Below are positions 56,280 to 64,000 of a stretch of 64,000 bases of DNA, one piece after another. Origin of the DNA: Vicinamibacteria bacterium (GTDB lineage Bacteria; Acidobacteriota; Vicinamibacteria; Vicinamibacterales; JAENWD01); the NCBI GenBank assembly GCA_963763095.1, contig CAVXNR010000016.1, positions 13,308-77,307 on the forward strand, in the 5' to 3' direction. Numbering within the stretch: position 1 is the first letter of the stretch; every line of letters begins with the position of its first letter. The position numbers and the translations under genes are program-made. The notes below the pieces were generated by a model. It made no database searches, was not told the DNA's origin, and saw only the letters and a program-made list of their open reading frames with translations.

Positions 56280-56283
<4 letters not shown>
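55665..56283 (+). CDS. YfiR-family (DUF4154) periplasmic protein, apparent +1 frameshift near 55998-56010
   Basis: EYRVKAAFVYNIARFVDWP is in track ORF 55665..56051. CHVVFIAFSE...GIIGLTMDGAYVRFDINATAADRAKLTMSARLLALA is in ORF 56017..56283. The 619-nt span equals 206 codons plus 1 nt. Confidence 0.75.
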
Positions 56284-58136
<1,853 letters not shown>

Positions 58137-58261
58137 GACGTTCGCCCGCCCGTTCCGGCCCAGCAGACCCGACATTTAACCCCAAGGAAACACCACCGAC
58201 CCGGCCCCGAAACACGCCACGGCTACTCTTCAGCTGTGACGCGTGCGCACCTGGAGGCTGA

Positions 58262-59371
58262 GTGAAACGATCGAATGGCTGGTTGAGGACAGGACAGGTA
58301 GCGACTGCGGTTGTCGCCCTGCTCGTTGCGGCGTCGGCGGCCAATGCGCAGGTGACGCCCGCTGCAGGCTACACGCCTCCGGACGATACGCCGAGCATCA
58401 AAGTTGGCGCGACCATCTTCACGGACTACACCTATCAAGTGGAGCCCGAGATCGTCGACACCGACGGCAACACGGTAAACCTCAACTCGTTCAACGTCGG
58501 CCGCGCGTATATCAATGTCACCGGCAACATCTCCCACCTGCTCGCGTTCCGCATCACGCCCGACATCGTGCGGGAGTCTGGCGTCGGCAGTTCCCTGAAC
58601 GGCAGCCTCACGTTCCGCCTGAAATACGGGTACGCGCAGCTCAATCTGGACGACTGGATGCCGAAAGGCTCGTGGGTGCGCCTCGGCATCCAGCAGACGC
58701 CGTGGGTGGACTTCGAGGAGGGCGTGTACCGCTATCGGTTCCAGGGCACCATCTTCGCCGACCGCGAGGGGTACCTGAGTTCCTCGGATGCGGGCGCCTC
58801 GTTCCGCACGGCCTTCCCCCGCAACTACGGGGATGTGCAGGTTGGCATCTACAACGGGGAAACGTACTCGAGGGCGGAAGCCAACGACCAGAAGGCCATT
58901 CAGATTCGAGGCACGGTCCGCCCGCTGCCGGGCGCCCCTACGCTGCGTGGCTTGCGCCTCACCGCCTTCTACGACGCTGACAGCTACGTCCGCGATGGCG
59001 ATCGCAAACGTTTCATTGCGGCGGCAACCTTCGAGCACAAGTACGTGAACGCGGCGGTCCAGTATCTGGACACGGAAGACCGCCCGTCGATCACGCGCGT
59101 CGCGCTGGAGGGCACCGGATATTCCGTGTGGGTCACACCTAAATTCACTCACGGATTCGAGGGGCTCGTGCGGTACGACGACCTGCAGCCCGACGAGGAC
59201 GTGGACGCCCACCGCAGGCGGACCATCGCCGGCCTCGCCTATTGGCTGCCGCATCAGGGGAGCGTGTCGTCGGCGGTTCTGCTGGATTACGAGCAGGTGA
59301 CCAACCGACGGTTCCTGCCGGCGGTGCCGGAGCAGAAGCGTGTTGCCCTGCACGCCCTCGTCAACTTCTAG
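58262..59371 (+). CDS. Outer-membrane beta-barrel porin, possibly phosphate-selective (OprO/OprP-like)
   Basis: 369 aa with a GTG start and signal peptide AVVALLVAASAANAQ. It has an alternating beta-strand pattern and a C-terminal F, and lies directly upstream of pstS. Confidence 0.55.
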   Translation: MKRSNGWLRTGQVATAVVALLVAASAANAQVTPAAGYTPPDDTPSIKVGATIFTDYTYQVEPEIVDTDGNTVNLNSFNVGRAYINVTGNISHLLAFRITPDIVRESGVGSSLNGSLTFRLKYGYAQLNLDDWMPKGSWVRLGIQQTPWVDFEEGVYRYRFQGTIFADREGYLSSSDAGASFRTAFPRNYGDVQVGIYNGETYSRAEANDQKAIQIRGTVRPLPGAPTLRGLRLTAFYDADSYVRDGDRKRFIAAATFEHKYVNAAVQYLDTEDRPSITRVALEGTGYSVWVTPKFTHGFEGLVRYDDLQPDEDVDAHRRRTIAGLAYWLPHQGSVSSAVLLDYEQVTNRRFLPAVPEQKRVALHALVNF

Positions 59372-59395
59372 TCCTGATTATCGCTGGAGAGTCAT

Positions 59396-60436
59396 ATGCA
59401 TTCGTCACGTTCGATTCGACGCTATTCCTCGCTCGCCGCCACAGGGTTCGTCATTCTCATGGGCGTCGCCGTGGCAGCGCAGACGATCAAGATCAACGGT
59501 GCGGGCGCAACGTTCCCGTACCCGATCTACTCCAAGTGGTTCTCCGAGTACAACAAGCTGAAGCCGACCGTCGAGATCAACTACCAGTCGATCGGGTCGG
59601 GCGGGGGCATCCGGCAGATCACCAACGGGACCGTCTTCTTCGGCGCCACCGATGGGCCGATGACCGAGGACCAGCTGCAGGCCGCACCCGGCCGCATCCT
59701 GCACCTCCCCACGGTGCTCGGCGCAGACGTGCCCGTGTACAACATCCCGGGTGTGGACGCGGACCTGAAGTTCACCGGGCCGCTGCTCGCCGACATTTTC
59801 CTCGGCAAAGTCACGAAGTGGAACGACCAGGCGCTCACCAAGCTCAATCCCGGGGTGCAGCTGCCGGCCACCGACATCACCGTGGTGCACCGGTCCGACG
59901 GATCTGGCACCACGTATATCTGGGTGGACTACCTGGCGAAGGTGTCTCCCGAATGGAAGCAGAAGGTGGGCGTCGCCACGTCCGTGAATTGGCCGACGGG
60001 CGTGGGTGGAAAGGGCAACGAGGGCGTCTCGGGACTCGTGCGGCAGACGCCTGGTTCAATCGGCTACGTCGAGCTCATTTACGCGCTGCAGAGCAAGATC
60101 CGGTACGGCTCCGTCCAGAACACGGCGGGGGAGTTCGTGCAGGCCAACGTCCAGAGCGTCACCGCCGCGGCGGCCGCCGCAGCCGCCAGCATGCCCAAGG
60201 ACTTCCGGGTGTCGATCACCAACGCCCCTGGCAAGGGCGTGTATCCGGTCGCATCCTTCACGTGGCTCCTGCTCTACGAAAACCCAAAAGACAAGCAGCA
60301 GGCACGAATCTTCATCGATTTCCTCAAGTGGATGCTCACCGACGGCCAGAAGTTCGCCGCGGAGCTGGGATACGCTCCACTGCCGGACGCCGTGGTGAAG
60401 ATGGAACTGGACACGCTCGCAAAGATCAAGCTGTGA
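59396..60436 (+). CDS. pstS: Phosphate ABC transporter substrate-binding protein PstS
   Basis: 346 aa with GAGATFPYPIYSKW, SIGSGGGI and HRSDGSGTT. Confidence 0.95.
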   Translation: MHSSRSIRRYSSLAATGFVILMGVAVAAQTIKINGAGATFPYPIYSKWFSEYNKLKPTVEINYQSIGSGGGIRQITNGTVFFGATDGPMTEDQLQAAPGRILHLPTVLGADVPVYNIPGVDADLKFTGPLLADIFLGKVTKWNDQALTKLNPGVQLPATDITVVHRSDGSGTTYIWVDYLAKVSPEWKQKVGVATSVNWPTGVGGKGNEGVSGLVRQTPGSIGYVELIYALQSKIRYGSVQNTAGEFVQANVQSVTAAAAAAAASMPKDFRVSITNAPGKGVYPVASFTWLLLYENPKDKQQARIFIDFLKWMLTDGQKFAAELGYAPLPDAVVKMELDTLAKIKL

Positions 60437-60443
60437 ACGTGCG

Positions 60444-61397
60444 ATGAGGCGTAACTCGGAGGTGTGGTTTCGGGCCGGTACGGGCGTGTTCGCGGTCGTC
60501 GTCGTGGTGATCGTGGCCGGCATGGCGGTCGAGCTCACCCGCCAATCGTGGATGGCGATCGAGAAGTTCGGCCTCGCGTTCTGGACGACCGACACCTGGG
60601 ACCCTGTCTCCGGCGACTTCGGCGCGCGGCCGTTCATCTGGGGCACGCTCTATTCGTCGGTGCTCGCGCTGCTGCTGGCAGCCCCCGTGGCGCTCGGCAT
60701 CGCCATCTTCCTCACCGATCTGTGCCCACCACGTCTGCGCGCGCCGCTCACGCAGCTCACCGAGCTGCTCGCCGCGATCCCGTCAATTGTCTATGGCCTC
60801 TGGGGCATCTTCGTGCTGGTGCCCGCGGTGCGCTCGCTGCAGGTCGCGTTCCCGGACGCGCTGCGGCAGCTGCCACTGTTCTCGGGCCCGCCGCTGGGTG
60901 TCGGCATGCTGGCCGCGGTGCTCATCCTGGCCGTCATGGTGGTGCCCTATACATCTTCGGTGGCCCGCGAAGTGCTGCGTGCCGTTCCCGCCGCACAGCG
61001 GGAGGGCGCCTACGCCCTCGGCGCCACACGGTGGGAAGCCATCCGCGTGGCGCTGCAATACGGCCGCGTCGGCATCATCGGCGCCATCATGCTCGGCTTC
61101 GGCCGGGCGCTCGGCGAGACCATGGCCGTAACGATGGTGATCGGCAACACGCCGAGGGTGTCGCTCTCCGTCTTCGCTCCCCAATACACGATGGCCGCCG
61201 TGATCGCCAACGAGTTCAGCGAAGCCGCCGACGACCTGTATCTCCATGCGCTGATTGAGATCGGGCTGCTGCTCTTCATCATCACGCTGCTTGTCAACGG
61301 CGTGTCACGCCTCCTCATCTGGCGCATGGGCCGGCAGGGCAGCGGGAGGGTGCCGCGCACGCCGGCCGTTGTCACCGCGGCCGGAGGCGCGGCATGA
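60444..61397 (+). CDS. pstC: Phosphate ABC transporter permease PstC
   Basis: 317 aa with six TM segments and LAAIPSIVYGLWG, the EAA-type loop REGAYALGATRWE. Confidence 0.95.
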   Translation: MRRNSEVWFRAGTGVFAVVVVVIVAGMAVELTRQSWMAIEKFGLAFWTTDTWDPVSGDFGARPFIWGTLYSSVLALLLAAPVALGIAIFLTDLCPPRLRAPLTQLTELLAAIPSIVYGLWGIFVLVPAVRSLQVAFPDALRQLPLFSGPPLGVGMLAAVLILAVMVVPYTSSVAREVLRAVPAAQREGAYALGATRWEAIRVALQYGRVGIIGAIMLGFGRALGETMAVTMVIGNTPRVSLSVFAPQYTMAAVIANEFSEAADDLYLHALIEIGLLLFIITLLVNGVSRLLIWRMGRQGSGRVPRTPAVVTAAGGAA

Positions 61398-62245
61398 GCA
61401 GTCCGCGGGTCCGCCGGGGCGTCTCCTTCGTCATGACCGCGCTCTGCGGGATGGCGGTGGTGTTTGCACTCGTGCCGCTCGCCTTCATCCTCTTCTTCGC
61501 CATCACCCGCGGCGTGCAGGCGCTCTCGGTCGAATTCTTCACGCACATGCCGACGCCCGTGGGAGAACCCGGCGGCGGCATGGCGAACGCCATCGCGGGC
61601 ACCCTCACGGTCACCGCGCTCGGCGCGATCTTCGCCGTACCGATCGGCGTCATCAGCGGCATCTATGTGGCGGAATACCGTGAGACCCGGCTGGCCGCAG
61701 TGGTACGGTTCACCGCCGACACCCTGAACGGCATTCCTTCGATCGTCATCGGGGTTTTCGTCTATGGGCTGGTAGTGCTGCCGTTCAAGCAGTTCTCGGC
61801 GCTGGCCGGCGGCGTGGCGCTCGGGATCCTGATGATTCCGATCATCACGCGCACGACGGACGAGCTGCTGCGGCTCGTCCCGATGTCGCTGCGCGAGGGC
61901 GCGCTCGCCCTGGGCGCCACGCGGGCTCGTGCCGTCTTCACGGTGGTGCTGCCCGCCGCGTTGCCGGGCATCATGACGGGTATCGTGCTCGCGCTCGCGC
62001 GCGTGGCTGGCGAAACGGCGCCCCTGCTCTTCACCGCCTTCAACAACCGCTTCTGGAGCACGAGTCTCACGCAGCCCATCTCGTCGCTGACCGTGCAGAT
62101 CTATGCATATGCCATCTCGCCCTACGAGGACTGGCACCGACAAGCCTGGGCGGGCGCACTGGTACTGGTCATGATCGTCCTCGCGTGCTCGCTGCTCGCC
62201 CGGCTGGCAACCAGGCGCCTGGAGCGCATGCACGTCGGGCGGTAG
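61394..62245 (+). CDS. pstA: Phosphate ABC transporter permease PstA
   Basis: 283 aa. The start overlaps the pstC stop. Contains GGMANAIAGT and LREGALALGATRARAVF. Confidence 0.95.
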   Translation: MSSPRVRRGVSFVMTALCGMAVVFALVPLAFILFFAITRGVQALSVEFFTHMPTPVGEPGGGMANAIAGTLTVTALGAIFAVPIGVISGIYVAEYRETRLAAVVRFTADTLNGIPSIVIGVFVYGLVVLPFKQFSALAGGVALGILMIPIITRTTDELLRLVPMSLREGALALGATRARAVFTVVLPAALPGIMTGIVLALARVAGETAPLLFTAFNNRFWSTSLTQPISSLTVQIYAYAISPYEDWHRQAWAGALVLVMIVLACSLLARLATRRLERMHVGR

Positions 62246-62292
62246 CGTCAACGCGCGCGTCGCCAACCCCTTCCCGCGCGGCCGAAACTGGT

Positions 62293-62943
62293 ATGATCCG
62301 GCGGCTCTCGGAGGGGCTCGCATTCTTGAGATTCCGACTCATTCCCCGCGAGGAAAAGTTCTACGCCGATTTCATCGCGCTCGCCGATGAGCTGATGGTC
62401 GGTGCCCGGCTGCTCGAGGAGATGCTCTCGACCGTCCCGCCCCGGTGGGAGAGTGCCGCCGACATCAAGGACGTCGAGCATCGCTGCGACACGATCACCC
62501 ACGAAATTTTCCAGCGGCTGAACCGCACCTTCGTGACGCCGATCGACCGCGAAGACATCCACGGGCTCGCGCGGTCACTCGATGACGTGATGGACGCCAT
62601 CGACGCGTCGGCAGGAGTCATCCGACGTTACCGCATTCCCGATGTGCGTTTTGGCGCCCGCGAACTGGCGCGGATCATCGCCAGAGCCACCGAACAGGTG
62701 CGGCAGGGAGCGGCGGCGCTCGAGAAGCGGACGGGAGTCCATGTCGTCACCGTCGAGATCAACCGCCTCGAGAACGACGCCGACGATATCCACGACGAGG
62801 CGCTGCGCCGGCTGTTCGAAGGGGAGACAGACGCACTGACTGTCATCAAGTGGAAGGAAGTGCTCGACCTGCTCGAGGATGCCACCGATCGCTGCGAGGA
62901 CGTCGCGAACGTCTTCGAGGCCGTCGTCGTCAAGAACGGGTAG
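62293..62943 (+). CDS. DUF47-family (PhoU-like) Pit accessory protein
   Basis: ATG at 62293 within track ORF 62185..62943. Contains REEKFYADF..., DIKDVEHRCDTITHEI and VEINRLENDADDIHDEA. It lies directly upstream of the Pit gene. Confidence 0.85.
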   Translation: MIRRLSEGLAFLRFRLIPREEKFYADFIALADELMVGARLLEEMLSTVPPRWESAADIKDVEHRCDTITHEIFQRLNRTFVTPIDREDIHGLARSLDDVMDAIDASAGVIRRYRIPDVRFGARELARIIARATEQVRQGAAALEKRTGVHVVTVEINRLENDADDIHDEALRRLFEGETDALTVIKWKEVLDLLEDATDRCEDVANVFEAVVVKNG

Positions 62944-62949
62944 CCCCGC

Positions 62950-63958
62950 ATGGACGTCCCGGTCGGGCTCGCCGTCGTCGTTGCGCTCGTCACGCTCGCG
63001 CTCATCTTCGACTACATCAACGGTTTTCACGACGCGGCGAACTCCATCGCCACCGTCGTGTCGACCCGGGTGCTCTCCCCCGGCAAAGCCGTCATCTGGG
63101 CGGCGTTTTTCAATTTCATCGCCGCGTTCACGTTTGGCACCGCCGTCGCAAAAACAGTGGGCAGCGGGATGGTGCACCTGGAGCACGTCACGCTGGCCGT
63201 CATCTTCGCCGGTCTCTGCGGCGCGATCGCCTGGAACCTGATCACCTGGTTCTTTGGGCTGCCGACGAGCTCGTCGCACGCGCTGTTCGGCGGCTATGCG
63301 GGCGCGGCGGTGGCCAAGGCTGGATTCCAGGCGATCATCCCCGCAGGCTGGACCAAGACGATCATCTTCATCGTCGTGGCGCCGATGATCGGCCTCACGG
63401 TGGGGCTGGCGCTGATGACGGCGATGTTCTGGTTGTTCCGCTGGGTGCCGCCCAGCCGCGTGGACGGCTGGTTCCGCCGGCTGCAGCTGCTCTCGGCCGC
63501 CGCGTTCAGCCTGATGCACGGTGCCAACGACGCGCAGAAGACGATGGGGATCATCGCCGGGGTGCTGTACTCGGCGAAGTACATCGACACGTTCTATCAT
63601 CCCGTTCTGGGTGGTGCTCGCGGCACACGCCGCGATCGGTCTCGGCACGCTCTCGGGCGGCTGGCGGATCATCCACACGATGGGGTCGAAGATCACACGC
63701 CTGCAGCCGGTGAGCGGGTTTGCGGCCGAAACAGGTGCGGCGTTCGCGATCGGGATAGCGACCTACCTCGGGGTCGGCATCAGCACGACCCATACGATTA
63801 CGGGGGCAATCATCGGCGTCGGCGCCACGCGGCGGCTGTCGGCCGTGCGGTGGGGAGTGGCGCGGCGGATCGTCTGGGCCTGGCTCCTGACGATCCCGGC
63901 CGCCGCGTTCATGGCCGCCGTCACCTACGAGACGGTGTGGCTCTTCGGCTGGCGCTGA
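62950..63958 (+). CDS. pit: Inorganic phosphate transporter, PiT family, apparent +1 frameshift near 63590-63600
   Basis: From the ATG at 62950 I translated MDVPVGLAVVVALVTLALIFDYINGFHDAANSIATVV...SLMHGANDAQKTMGII by hand. That frame has no stop before the window end. The C-terminus IPFWVVLAAHAAIGLGTLSGGWRIIHTMG...THTITGAIIGVG is in track ORF 63521..63958. The 1009-nt span equals 336 codons plus 1 nt. Confidence 0.85.
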
Positions 63959-64000
63959 GCGTCAGCTGGCGGCGGGACGCGCTGCCGTGCGTGCCGGCAA

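Overview
GC-rich bacterial chromosomal window. Gene content and repeat style suggest a soil Acidobacteriota-like organism, but that is inference only. I recognise about 50 protein-coding genes. I found no rRNA, tRNA, CRISPR array, transposase or integrase. Layout: (1) 28-11519, a seven-gene DUF4159/MoxR/DUF58/BatA-VWA cluster including a 1220-aa coiled-coil membrane protein. (2) 11.5-19.1 kb, rhomboid, zinc-ribbon, CBS, FHA-GAF-PP2C, IPMS-like, M28 peptidase, citrate synthase, yacG. (3) 19.3-20.9 kb, pstB-phoU, detached from pstSCA. (4) 22.3-24.7 kb, a sulfur module of two YeeE-type membrane genes plus an MBL/rhodanese fusion. (5) 24.9-31.7 kb, a polyphosphate-type cluster (tandem thymidylate-kinase-like fusion, Ppx/GppA, CHAD, SixA), a lipid kinase and glgC. 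(6) 31.8-40.4 kb, a REC-PAS histidine kinase plus a ~6.8-kb poly-HAMP hybrid kinase built from ~14 tandem 276-bp units. (7) 40.7-47.5 kb, a DUF5916-like outer-membrane protein, REP-like elements flanking a monooxygenase/protease/LuxR cassette, and an HtrA-like protease. (8) 47.5-58.1 kb, a beta-propeller-phosphoesterase with an in-frame TGA, two TonB-dependent receptors, and YfiR-like plus CHASE8-HAMP-GAF-GGDEF genes. (9) 58.3-64 kb, porin-pstSCA-DUF47-Pit. The most notable non-genic signals are four intergenic arrays with ~7-bp periodicity; three share a '7-8 units + 4 units' layout and all four sit directly against gene ends. There is also an 86-bp double palindrome and a Y-shaped REP-like element in three copies. 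Ten reading-frame breaks occur in eight genes, and all ten fit a single inserted base. That points to insertion-type sequence errors rather than gene decay. All family names come from my own reading of the translated ORFs; nothing was searched.
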